Positions 1 through 8,157 of a stretch of DNA of 64,000 bases are shown here, piece by piece. This stretch comes from Candidatus Magasanikbacteria bacterium RIFCSPLOWO2_12_FULL_43_12. Its GTDB lineage: Bacteria > Patescibacteriota > Patescibacteriia > Magasanikbacterales > UBA922. The notes beneath the pieces are model-generated. The model did not search any database. It saw nothing but the letters and a program-made list of their open reading frames with translations, and was not told where the DNA came from. The position numbers and the translations under genes were made by a program. The first letter of the stretch is position 1. The number at the start of each line of letters is the position of its first letter. The stretch covers positions 15,314-79,313 of the forward strand of contig MFQN01000003.1 of the NCBI GenBank assembly GCA_001783065.1. The letters run 5' to 3'.

Positions 1-327
1 CAAAACATAAATCAAATCCACTTTCGTCTTTCCAAGAGAAAATTTATTCATGTTCGCTCGAAAGAGTCTTGTTTTAATTTCTTTTTCTTTGGCGCGCGCT
101 TCTACAAAGTTCAACATCTCTCTGTTCAAATCCAATCCATAATATTTATAGCCGCGTTTATGCCATTCTTCCAAGTAAGGACTGTTTCCGGAAGCTAATT
201 CAAAAATTTTTCTAACTTTGACTTTAGAAAATTTCTTTATTGCTTTTTCAAAAAAATCAACCTCGTTTGATATATTCCTAAAACTGAAAGCGATTTCGTA
301 ATACTTGGGATTTTTATAAAGATACAT
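1..327 (-). CDS. class I SAM-dependent methyltransferase, N-terminal part (gene continues past the left window edge)
   Basis: Reverse-strand translation from ATG (complement of 325-327) reads MYLYKNPKYYEIAFSFRNISNEVDFFEKAIKKFSKVKVRKIFELASGNSPYLEEWHKRGYKYYGLDLN... with an E-L-A-S-G-N stretch resembling methyltransferase motif I. Open to position 1; absent from the ORF track because it is incomplete. Confidence 0.5.
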   Translation of the reverse strand, partial: MYLYKNPKYYEIAFSFRNISNEVDFFEKAIKKFSKVKVRKIFELASGNSPYLEEWHKRGYKYYGLDLNREMLNFVEARAKEKEIKTRLFRANMNKFSLGKTKVDLIYVL

Positions 328-330
328 AAG

Positions 331-430
331 TGGGCGATAATGGAGTCGAACCATCGACCCGCCTGCATTGACTTGCTGTCAAAGCATGTCGGGCAGGCCT
401 CGTCATTACCGCGCCCGACTTCGCCTTGAC
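331..430 (-). ncRNA. atypical ~95-100 nt tRNA-like element (T-arm ATGG-TTCGACT-CCAT, then 3' acceptor-like TATCGCCC; long internal hairpins); identity unresolved
   Basis: Minus strand reads ...GGTCGATGGTTCGACTCCATTATCGCCCAC, a canonical T-loop followed by an acceptor 3' strand. No convincing 5' acceptor or D-arm could be folded by eye. It lies directly 3' of tRNA-Ile in the same array. Confidence 0.3.
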
Positions 431-459
431 CTCTATATAAGATGATTAAAACTAACGTT

Positions 460-536
460 TGGTGCGCATGCCTGGATTTGAACCAGGGACCTCGTCATTA
501 TCAGTGACGCGCTCTAACCAACTGAGCTACACGCGC
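460..536 (-). tRNA. tRNA-Ile (anticodon GAT), CCA encoded
   Basis: Minus strand GCGCGTG TA GCTC AGTTGGTTA GAGC G CGTCA CTGATAA TGACG AGGTC CCTGG TTCAAAT CCAGG CATGCGC A CCA. All four stems pair (one G-U in the acceptor). Confidence 0.9.
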
Positions 537-560
537 TTATTTTTCTAAAATAAAAACTTG

Positions 561-624
561 CGCTCCCTGCCCCGCACCGACCCGAAGGGTCTGGTGCTGG
601 GGTAACCAATTGAGCTAATCGCCC
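561..624 (-). ncRNA. tRNA 5'-half-like segment (GGGCGAT TA GCTC AATTGGTTA) fused to a conserved 49-nt hairpin module, then GAGC; not a complete tRNA
   Basis: Acceptor-like 7-mer, D-stem 5' strand and D-loop are canonical, but are followed by the hairpin CCCCAGCACCAGACCC TTCG GGGTCGGTGCGGGG and then CAGG GAGC (closing the D-stem). No anticodon or T arm follows. Confidence 0.3.
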
Positions 625-629
625 CCTTG

Positions 630-704
630 TGGGTCTGAGCCGACTTGAACGGCTGGCCTCTTCGATGTCAACGAAGCGCTCTAACCAAACTGAGCTACAG
701 ACCC
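630..704 (-). tRNA. tRNA-Val (anticodon GAC), CCA not encoded
   Basis: Minus strand GGGTCTG TA GCTC AGTTTGGTTA GAGC G CTTCG TTGACAT CGAAG AGGCC AGCCG TTCAAGT CGGCT CAGACCC A; 75 nt, all stems pair. Confidence 0.85.
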
Positions 705-708
705 ATCG

Positions 709-773
709 CGCTCCCTGCCCCGCACCGACCCGAAGGGTCTGGTGCTGGGGTAACCAACTAAGCTACGAGCCCC
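709..773 (-). ncRNA. second tRNA 5'-half-like segment (GGGGCTC GT AGCT TAGTTGGTTA) fused to the identical 49-nt hairpin module
   Basis: Positions 709-757 are identical to 561-609 (49 nt). The upstream 15-16 nt are a different tRNA-like 5' acceptor/D region. It is followed after 4 nt by tRNA-Val. Confidence 0.3.
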
Positions 774-1042
774 TATCGTTTTTTGTAAATATCATGCGAA
801 CCCGCGTCAAGAAGATCAACCGAATCAGAAGCAATAAAATCAAAAAGAACCCGGTACCCGTTCTGTAGCCGAAACACGAAACACTCTTGGAGACGTCCTT
901 TGAGTTTGTGTGTTTTAAGCGAAGGATGATTTGGGTTACGCATGAACACTTTCATTTGCTTATCAAAATCATCTTGAATGCGCGGAGGAAGCTTCTTATA
1001 CGCGCGCTTGAAACGCGGCGAGAAGTTTATATTCATAATCAA
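773..1042 (-). CDS. type II toxin-antitoxin system toxin, RelE/ParE family
   Basis: 89 aa; the pattern ...HPSLKTHKLKGRLQECFVFRL.NGYRVLF... is typical of RelE/ParE mRNA-interferase toxins. It directly follows a small partner ORF, with the upstream stop adjacent to this start. Confidence 0.65.
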   Translation of the reverse strand: MIMNINFSPRFKRAYKKLPPRIQDDFDKQMKVFMRNPNHPSLKTHKLKGRLQECFVFRLQNGYRVLFDFIASDSVDLLDAGSHDIYKKR

Positions 1043-1300
1043 TCACGCGCGCAAAGCGGCGATTAAGCTCTTTGGAGTTTTATGAGTGGAATAATCGCCA
1101 AGAGCGTAATCAAGCCGCGCTTCGTTAATAATCTCATCAATCGTTTTGGCGGCATTAACCCGTTTCAAATCATCGGTTGAAATCTCAACAACGATCTTTT
1201 TTCCACGGGAATACCGAGAGAGATAACGAAACGCAGACAATGGTATTTTTACTATTGCCTCTTTTGTTTTTTGACAAACAACCAAATTTCCATTAGCCAT
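1043..1300 (-). CDS. putative antitoxin partner of the RelE/ParE toxin
   Basis: 85-aa ORF immediately upstream of and abutting the toxin gene; antitoxin-first operon order. Confidence 0.5.
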   Translation of the reverse strand: MANGNLVVCQKTKEAIVKIPLSAFRYLSRYSRGKKIVVEISTDDLKRVNAAKTIDEIINEARLDYALGDYSTHKTPKSLIAALRA

Positions 1301-1388
1301 ATTTTTTGCTAATATACGAAAATTCTATCATAGAACAAAATAAAAAGCAAGTGGCGCTGAAGAATGGCGGCCTACACGAATTATCAGA

Positions 1389-4300
1389 TCAAACATCCTC
1401 CTCCCCAAGCTCCTCTCCATCCTTATACGCCTCCGACTTGGAAATCGTCACAATCCTATCCCAGCGGAAATTCAGAGCGTTGAACACCGCTTCGTTCTTG
1501 ATGTGTCTTTTCACTTGTTTGCTGGAATCAGCCGGATCCGGTTCCAGACGATAAATTTTTGTTGAAGCGGCGTACTTAATCAAAGTATAATTTGGATGAT
1601 GATCGGTATAATTTATTTCTGAACCGGTGATGTATTTATCCAACAGTTTCTTATCAATGTCTTCAACCCAATTCCACGAATACTTAAGTCCGGTAAAAAT
1701 CTCTTCCGCGGTTATCCAATATTTCTCCCCGCCGAGAAGCAGATAAACTTTCGGATCGCTCACGATTTTTACCAGCGCGCCGTATTTCGGATCATATTTC
1801 GGCCCCCATGGCATAAATCCCAAAGTATCCAAAGGAATTTTATCTAATTTTGTTTTCGTTGTCGCGACCACGTCAGACCACGAACTGAAATAAGTAAAAA
1901 AAACATTTGATTTGTTGAACGGCCGCTTGGCGCATTCGTCAGTGATGTAATAGACCGCCGGCGAGCCGCTCAATTTATAAGCGCCATTGATAGTCAACGA
2001 ACATGATACTGGTGTTGGAACCGGTGTTGAGGTGTTTACGGTAAAAGTGAAAGATGACACCGGGCTGGAATTACCTGCCGCGTCTTTAGCAAAAACTTTC
2101 ACCGTATGCGAACCGTCAAACAAACTGGCGACAGTATATGTCTGCGCGCCGCCGATATCTACCAAAGATCCGTTATCCACTTGAACCACATAAGAAGTAA
2201 CACCATTGTTGTCATTGGAAGAATTCCAAGTAAATGTCGGCGTTTTGTCAGAATCATCACTAACTTTTTTCATTCCGCTCGGAGTGGTTGGGGCCGCTGT
2301 ATCAACCACATTCACCGGCGCGGCGCTCACTGAAACTGTAGCCAAAGATCCCAACCCGACATTACCCGCGTCATCCGAACAACGCGCCTGTAAACTGTGG
2401 CTGGCGGTATTAACAAATGTATATTCGCGGCTGGCAGTGCCGGTCTTTGTTCCTGATAAAGTCATCGCGCCTTGATTTGAACTGTCAACATACAGATCGC
2501 AAGAAACCACGCCGACAGCGTCAGAATAAGACGCGGTGAAGGATTGAGAAACAGTAGCCTGCGCGGTAACCGGAGTGATTGCGCCAACTGATGGCGGAGT
2601 AGTGTCAGCCGGCGTCGCGCTAGTGATTATCCATGTGTAAGAATCAGCGGTAGCGTCAACATTGCCCGCGGCATCTACCGCGCGCACTTGAAAAGTATGA
2701 TTGCCGACTGACAAATTGCTGTAGCTCTTCGGACTGTCGCATGAAGAAAATACGCCTGTATCCAATTTACATTCAAAAGTTACCGGTGTGATTGATGATC
2801 CTGTATAGCCAAAAGTAAAATCTCCCATACCGACACTGTTTGAGGATGGTTTGACCATGATTGATGTATCTTGCGCTGTCGTGTCCAAAATAATCGTATC
2901 AATATATTGCGCGCTAGTATTCGCGGCGCTGTCTTTGAATTTTACCGCCACTGTCTTCGCGCCATCGCCGCCGGACAAAGTAACTGTCTTGCTCGCCGCG
3001 TAGCCTTCCAATGATTCTGTGTCAACTGTCCCATCAACCGCGACTGTCATGCGTGTACAACCGACATTATCACTGCAAGTTAAAATTAATGTCGCCGAAT
3101 TGCTGTTGGTATAAGACGCGCCGCTGTTAATCGTGATTGAACCGGTTGGCGGGGTAGTATCCGGCCCAGTAGCGACAGTTACAGTTACGGTAGTGGCCGC
3201 GCCCCAAGTAGTGTTCGTGCCATCACTGCATTTTGCTTTCACCGCGTAAGAACCGGCGGAAGAAAAAGTATATGATTTTGTCGCGGTGCCGGAAGTCGTT
3301 CCTGCCAAAGACATATTGCCTTGAGAAATATCATTCACATATAATTCACAGCTCGTAACGCCAACATTATCAGAATATGAATTTGTAAAAGATTGCGCGC
3401 TGTTAGCGGTGGCGGTAGCCGGTGAAATCGCGCTAACTACAGGCGGAGTTGTGTCAGAAACGGCCGCGGCGCTCACAACAACAGTAATGGCCGCGCCCCA
3501 CGTAGTATTGGTGCCATCAGTACAGTTGGCTTTAACCGCGTAAGAACCGACTGAAGAAAAAGTATATGATTTGGTGGCAGTACCTGAAGCGACGCCGGCC
3601 AAAGACATGGCGCCTTGGGGGATGTCATCTACAAACAACCCGCAACTGGTAACACCGACGCTATCTGAATAAGACGCGGTAAACGATTGCGCGCTATTTA
3701 CGACTGCTGTAGCCGGTGAAATCGCGCTGACTGTTGGGGGGGTGGCGTCAATGGTATAGGTTAATGTGCTAAAAGGTCCGACATTACCCGCGGCATCAAC
3801 AGCCCGCACTTTGAAAGTGTGCGAACCATCAGCGCTATTATCAGGTAAAAATGTGACAGTGTAAGAAAAACCGGCATTAGTAATAGGCCAACTGTCTAAT
3901 TGAAACTCATACTTAGCTATGCCAGTACCAATCGTTCCGCTAACATCATCGCTGGATATACCCCAAGTAAGGGTTGGGTAATTATCATTATCAGGGGAAG
4001 TCTTGATTAAATTGATAGGCGCTGTTGGCGCGGTTTCGTCATAACGGACGATTGTGCCTGAACCGCCAACTGCCCATGCGGTTAGAACCGGACTATATTT
4101 AACTGCCACGCCATAAAGTGTTTGAGAGGTGTTGGAAGTTTCTGCCACCCAAGTCCAACCGCCTCCACTTTGCGTCCCGCGATAAATAAGTCCGGAAGAA
4201 CCAATGGTATAAATGCCGCCACTAGTATAAATGCCGCCGCTAAAAATACCTACTCCTAAAAAACTCTGTGTCATAGCGCCATCTTGAATCGCCGACCAAT

Positions 4301-5021
4301 TGGTGCCGTAGTTATCCGAAAGCAATATTACGCTGTTACCGGATACTCTTAAATTGCTTGTGGAAGATATCCGGCTAATATCAAAAAGCGTCGCGGTCGT
4401 ACCGGAATTTTTCGTTGTCCAGTCCGGTGTATCGCTGGCATTGGCATAACTGGTGTAAACAATTGTGCCATTTGTGCCAACAGCCCAGATACATCTTGTT
4501 GATAATCCACAAGCGCTAAATTCAACCCCGTATAGAACAGCGGCCAAATCCGACTGCAACACTGTCCATGTAACGCCATTGGTCGTTCTTAAAACCACAC
4601 CAGCAGTGCCAACCGCCACTACTTCTAGGCCATTATAAACATTAACATCCTGCAAGGAAAAAGAAGTGCCGGAAACTTGCTCTGTCCAATCTTCTCCACC
4701 ATTTGACGTTTTAAAAATTTTGCCGCTCATGCCAACCACCCAGCCGATTGAACTGTTGTACATATCAATACCGTAAAAATTGTTGCCCGCGCTGGTGTAA
4801 ACAGTACTCCAATTTTTTCCGCCATTAATGGTTTTTAAAATCGTTCCGCCATCACCAACCGCGAAGCCAATATTTTGATCAATCATATTAATATCACGCA
4901 GAATCACTGTAACACCAGAACTCTGCGCCACCCACCCGGCCGCGTAGCTTGACTGCGCCAAAAAAAATCCAATCGCGATGATTAATAAAAAAAATACTTT
5001 TGCTATGTTTTTTCCTAACAT
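1389..5021 (-). CDS. giant secreted surface protein: N-terminal signal peptide, BNR/Ycf48-like beta-propeller repeats, three Ig/PKD-like ~95-aa repeats, unknown C-terminal domain
   Basis: 1210 aa. N-terminus MLGKNIAKVFFLLIIAIGFFLAQSSYAAG. Repeated ...ILKT.NGG.NW.../...IFKTSNGGEDWTEQ blocks. Three copies of TPP.VSAISPATA..NSAQSFT.SYSD.VGVTSC.L.V.D..QGAMSLAG..SGTATKSYTF.S.GSYAVKA.C.DGTNTTWG. Confidence 0.8.
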   Translation of the reverse strand: MLGKNIAKVFFLLIIAIGFFLAQSSYAAGWVAQSSGVTVILRDINMIDQNIGFAVGDGGTILKTINGGKNWSTVYTSAGNNFYGIDMYNSSIGWVVGMSGKIFKTSNGGEDWTEQVSGTSFSLQDVNVYNGLEVVAVGTAGVVLRTTNGVTWTVLQSDLAAVLYGVEFSACGLSTRCIWAVGTNGTIVYTSYANASDTPDWTTKNSGTTATLFDISRISSTSNLRVSGNSVILLSDNYGTNWSAIQDGAMTQSFLGVGIFSGGIYTSGGIYTIGSSGLIYRGTQSGGGWTWVAETSNTSQTLYGVAVKYSPVLTAWAVGGSGTIVRYDETAPTAPINLIKTSPDNDNYPTLTWGISSDDVSGTIGTGIAKYEFQLDSWPITNAGFSYTVTFLPDNSADGSHTFKVRAVDAAGNVGPFSTLTYTIDATPPTVSAISPATAVVNSAQSFTASYSDSVGVTSCGLFVDDIPQGAMSLAGVASGTATKSYTFSSVGSYAVKANCTDGTNTTWGAAITVVVSAAAVSDTTPPVVSAISPATATANSAQSFTNSYSDNVGVTSCELYVNDISQGNMSLAGTTSGTATKSYTFSSAGSYAVKAKCSDGTNTTWGAATTVTVTVATGPDTTPPTGSITINSGASYTNSNSATLILTCSDNVGCTRMTVAVDGTVDTESLEGYAASKTVTLSGGDGAKTVAVKFKDSAANTSAQYIDTIILDTTAQDTSIMVKPSSNSVGMGDFTFGYTGSSITPVTFECKLDTGVFSSCDSPKSYSNLSVGNHTFQVRAVDAAGNVDATADSYTWIITSATPADTTPPSVGAITPVTAQATVSQSFTASYSDAVGVVSCDLYVDSSNQGAMTLSGTKTGTASREYTFVNTASHSLQARCSDDAGNVGLGSLATVSVSAAPVNVVDTAAPTTPSGMKKVSDDSDKTPTFTWNSSNDNNGVTSYVVQVDNGSLVDIGGAQTYTVASLFDGSHTVKVFAKDAAGNSSPVSSFTFTVNTSTPVPTPVSCSLTINGAYKLSGSPAVYYITDECAKRPFNKSNVFFTYFSSWSDVVATTKTKLDKIPLDTLGFMPWGPKYDPKYGALVKIVSDPKVYLLLGGEKYWITAEEIFTGLKYSWNWVEDIDKKLLDKYITGSEINYTDHHPNYTLIKYAASTKIYRLEPDPADSSKQVKRHIKNEAVFNALNFRWDRIVTISKSEAYKDGEELGEEDV
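2260..3700. repeat. three ~300-nt intragenic repeats (approx 2260-2560, 3040-3340, 3340-3700) encoding the Ig-like modules of the surface protein
   Basis: Near-identical peptide modules in the translation; visibly repeated DNA such as gccaaagacat.gcgccttg and gtaacgccgac..t.tc.gaata.ga. Confidence 0.7.
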
Positions 5022-5125
5022 AAAATTTTAATTAAACATTAATTTTTTATCTGTCTATATTATACTTCAATCTAAAAAATAGCGCAACAAAAAAACAGCC
5101 ATACGCTGTCATAAATAATAAAGAA

Positions 5126-5700
5126 TGGGGATCGCGGCGCTCCGATGTACATCGGAGCGCCGCGAGTGAAGAAAGAGGAGAATGATGAGGATTACTGGGG
5201 GTTGCGGAGGCGTGTCGCGACCTCGGAGAACAGCACGCGTTGCGCGCTGTCCGCCGCAGGTTGAACTCCTGGGAGCGGAATGTAGAAAGTGTCAGTGCTG
5301 GAGCTAACCTCCACCACCACCCTCCCGCCTGAAATGGTCATTCCGTGGGCAATCCGCCCGTCAAGAAGCCGCTGGGGAACCGAGAACCTGTGAGTTGTTC
5401 CCATTAGATTATCGCCCCCACGATGGCGTCGAACCTGACCATGACCGCCGGCTTGCGATCGTTGGGACGCGCGTAGCACGCCACTCTTGGCAGTTTGCTA
5501 CCTCGCTTTGGGTCCTTTATGACCACCGCACCGCTCTCAGTGCGATCGACATAGAGCACCCCCTTGCCACTAACCGTAACCCTCTTCCTTGTGCACGGAT
5601 TCAAGATTCTCTCCTTTTCTCTAGTACTGTAACCAGCTTCCGCCAACTTGGCGAAGATCCGGCGCCTGCCGGACTTTTTTCACTGGTATGATGGAAGTGA
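5126..5700. other. GC-rich (~60%) ORF-poor island between recG and the surface-protein gene; candidate structured ncRNA or decayed foreign gene
   Basis: Begins with a perfect 14-bp palindrome GCGGCGCTCCGATG TA CATCGGAGCGCCGC (5129-5158). About 550 nt of high GC in a ~40% GC genome; only short overlapping ORFs in different frames (5192..5479, 5404..5646, 5395..5691). Confidence 0.3.
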
Positions 5701-5744
5701 TTGTATACTAAAAACGGTTGACTGTCAAGGGAGCGACGGTGTAA

Positions 5745-5872
5745 ATTTTTAATTTTTAATTTGTAAACAATTTTTAATGAATTAATTTTCAATTACCAAA
5801 TGGCGGCATTATCACTAATTGAAAATTGGAAAATTGGTCATTGTTTAAAAATTACAAATTACAAATTAAAAA
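5745..5872. repeat. AT-rich palindromic intergenic element (AATTTTTAATTTGTAA ... TTACAAATTACAAATTAAAAATT); family member 1
   Basis: Long imperfect AT-only inverted repeat directly downstream of the recG stop; the same family recurs at 11602-11713 and 16040-16165. Confidence 0.5.
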
Positions 5873-8149
5873 TTATTCTAAATGCACTCTCTCTCCCCAC
5901 TCCTCTACTTTCTCTTTCAGCGCCGGATATTTTCCAAAATCCATCCCCCGCGCTAAATCGCGCGCCAGTTTTATAAGCTGTCCGTCTTTCATGGTAGCCA
6001 ACCGAAAATTTTCCATTCCGCTTTGCGCCGTGCCATAGACTTCGCCGGGGCCGCGGTTTTCCAAATCATATTCCGCGACTTTGAAACCGCTGGTGTTTTG
6101 TTCAAAAAATTTCAAACGCTCCGCGACTTTCGGAGAATCGCTATCCGTGAATAAAAAACAATATGATTGATGCGTGCTCCGGCAAACCCGGCCGCGGAAT
6201 TGATGCAATTGCGCCAAACCAAATCTTTCCGCGCCCTCAATCATCATCACGCTGGCATTAGGCACATTCACGCCAACCTCAATTACTGAAGTTGAAACCA
6301 AGATATTGATTGCTTGCCCAGTAGTGATGCTGAAAGCATCTACTACTGTGGATCCATTGCTAAACTGCTCCATTGTTTCTTGTTTTTCAGTTGATTTTAA
6401 TTTCCCATGCAAAAAACCAATTTTCAAATCCGGAAAAATCGTCTTAGATAACTTTTCGTATTCTACCATCACCGTTTTTCTCTCGTCATTTTGAAATTTG
6501 AAATTTGAAATTTGAAATTTATTTGTATCTTGTATCTTAGTATTTTGGTCAGTCTGAATCAACGGACAAACTACAAACACTTGTCGTCCTTGCTTCACTT
6601 GTTCTCTAATAAACTGATACGCTTTATCCCGATTGCGCGGTTCAACCAATCGCGTTTTAACCGGCTTACGCCCTGGCGGCATCTCGTCAATGATTGACAA
6701 ATCCAAATCGCCAAACACCGTCAACGCGAACGACCGCGGAATCGGTGTCGCCGTCATGCTTAAAAAGTGCGGCGTGGTTATCCCCCTCTCCTTGCCAAGG
6801 AGAGGGGCGGGGGGTGAGGTGGTCTCGCCGAGAGAGAGGTCTCGCTCGCCAACCCGCGTTTTCCCTCTCAACACCTTTCTCTGCTCCACTCCAAACCTAT
6901 GCTGTTCATCCACGATAACCAAACCAAGATTTTTAAATTGCACATCTTCAGACAGCAACGCCTGCGTCCCGACAATAACGCCAACTTCCCCATCTTTTAT
7001 TTTATTCCGCAATTTACTTTTACTATTTATCTCCCTATCTCCATTTATCTCCCTTATCATTCGCTGGCTTCCGGTAAACAATCCCAAACTAACTTTATCT
7101 CCCAGCGCCTCCAACAAAGTCTCAAAGTGCTGTTTAGCCAATATCTCGGTCGGACACATCAGCGCGGTCTGAAACCCATTCAACGCCGCGTTATACATCG
7201 CCATGGCCGCGACAACTGTTTTGCCGGAACCAACGTCGCCTTCAAGCAAACGATTCATTGGCTCGTCTTTTTCCAAATCGCGCAAAATTTCCCAGGCCGC
7301 GATTTTTTGTTTTTTAGTTAATTTAAACGGTAAAGAATCAACAAATTTTTTCGTTTCTTTTTCTTTGAATTCAATTTTCGGCGCGACTGCTTTTTTGATT
7401 TCCTGCCTTATCATCTCGCCGCGCAACTGCAAAATAAAAAGCTCATCAAATTTCAACCGGCGTTCCGCGTGTTTCAATTCGTCCTGCGATTCCGGAAAAT
7501 GAATCGCTTTAATCGCTTCAACCAAACTCATAACATCCGCGCGGTCGCGCAAATTTTCCGGCAACCACTCTTTAATCTGGTTCGCGAGATTAATCACCTG
7601 ACTCAACAAAAACCGCAACTGCTTATTCGTAATCCCGCTCGTTAACGAATACATCGGCACAATTCTGGCAGTGTGAGTAGTGCGCGTCCCCTCTCCTCGT
7701 AGAGCCTGCACTGAGCTCGCCGAAGTGAGAGGGGCAGGGTGAGGTCTCTCGCGTTCGTACGCCGGCCCCACCATCTGCGCCCCAAAAAAATCACCGGTAA
7801 CTTTGCCGGAAAGATAAACCCTATCCCCCGCCTTCAAAATCTTCGCGATAAACGGCTGGCCAAACCACACCACGCGCAACTGACCGGTGTCATCAGCCAC
7901 CACCGCCTCGGTGATAATCGTCCGCTTGCGCGGACTGCGCTTGCTCGCTATCAATTCAACCTTGCCGCGCACGCTCACCTGCATTCCCTCGCGCAAATCT
8001 TTAATCGGAACGACTTGACTATAATCTTCATATCGGAAAGGAAAATAAAACAACAAATCTTTGGCTGTTTCAATACCAAGCTGGCGCAGTTTTTTCTCCA
8101 ACGTCTTGCCAACACGGTTTAAATTTGACACCGGTGTAGATAAATCCAT
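5873..8149 (-). CDS. recG: ATP-dependent DNA helicase RecG (with in-frame insertions)
   Basis: 758 aa; wedge domain, helicase motifs ...GDVGSGKTVVAAMAMY..., ...VIVDEQHRFGVEQR..., ...MTATPIPRS... It carries extra segments not expected in RecG: a KFQISNFKFQ tandem block and two GC-rich palindromic insertions. Confidence 0.9.
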   Translation of the reverse strand: MDLSTPVSNLNRVGKTLEKKLRQLGIETAKDLLFYFPFRYEDYSQVVPIKDLREGMQVSVRGKVELIASKRSPRKRTIITEAVVADDTGQLRVVWFGQPFIAKILKAGDRVYLSGKVTGDFFGAQMVGPAYERERPHPAPLTSASSVQALRGEGTRTTHTARIVPMYSLTSGITNKQLRFLLSQVINLANQIKEWLPENLRDRADVMSLVEAIKAIHFPESQDELKHAERRLKFDELFILQLRGEMIRQEIKKAVAPKIEFKEKETKKFVDSLPFKLTKKQKIAAWEILRDLEKDEPMNRLLEGDVGSGKTVVAAMAMYNAALNGFQTALMCPTEILAKQHFETLLEALGDKVSLGLFTGSQRMIREINGDREINSKSKLRNKIKDGEVGVIVGTQALLSEDVQFKNLGLVIVDEQHRFGVEQRKVLRGKTRVGERDLSLGETTSPPAPLLGKERGITTPHFLSMTATPIPRSFALTVFGDLDLSIIDEMPPGRKPVKTRLVEPRNRDKAYQFIREQVKQGRQVFVVCPLIQTDQNTKIQDTNKFQISNFKFQNDERKTVMVEYEKLSKTIFPDLKIGFLHGKLKSTEKQETMEQFSNGSTVVDAFSITTGQAINILVSTSVIEVGVNVPNASVMMIEGAERFGLAQLHQFRGRVCRSTHQSYCFLFTDSDSPKVAERLKFFEQNTSGFKVAEYDLENRGPGEVYGTAQSGMENFRLATMKDGQLIKLARDLARGMDFGKYPALKEKVEEWGERVHLE
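6489..6520. repeat. tandem heptamer (TTGAAAT)x4 plus (TGTATCT)x2 inside the recG coding sequence, in frame
   Basis: ttgaaatttgaaatttgaaatttgaaattt atttgtatcttgtatct; translates (minus) to ...NKFQISNFKFQND... within RecG. Confidence 0.8.
6781..6850. repeat. GC-rich palindromic element, copy 1 (in frame within recG)
   Basis: CCCCTCTCCTTG C CAAGGAGAGGGG, then CGGGGGGTGAGGTGGTCTCGCCGAGAGAGAGGTCTCGC; encodes ...TTSPPAPLLGKERGITTPH... in RecG. Confidence 0.8.
7683..7762. repeat. GC-rich palindromic element, copy 2 (in frame within recG)
   Basis: CCCCTCTCCTCG..(insert)..TGAGAGGGG then CAGGGTGAGGTCTCTCGCG; same arms and tail as copy 1. Confidence 0.75.
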
Positions 8150-8157
8150 AAGTTAGT

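Noticed and set aside
629-868. 79-aa plus-strand ORF spanning the tRNA-Val/tRNA-half region
   Set aside because: It is the antisense of tRNA genes and the conserved hairpin module; it is GC- and structure-driven with no coding signal.
1306-1554. 82-aa plus-strand ORF and other antisense ORFs inside the 1389..5021 gene (1987..2184, 2106..2333, 2206..2475, 4349..4579)
   Set aside because: They are embedded antisense in a long well-supported minus-strand CDS; low-complexity Ser/Thr/Gly translations typical of reverse frames.
5192-5792. Short overlapping ORFs (5192..5479, 5395..5691, 5404..5646, 5601..5792) in the GC-rich island
   Set aside because: Mutually overlapping in different frames and strands with no motifs. 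High GC inflates ORF length. The region is kept as a candidate RNA or pseudogene instead.
6306-8122. Multiple plus-strand ORFs antisense to recG (for example 6633..7172, 6899..7321, 7739..8122)
   Set aside because: recG on the minus strand has clear helicase motifs along its full length; the antisense ORFs lack any.
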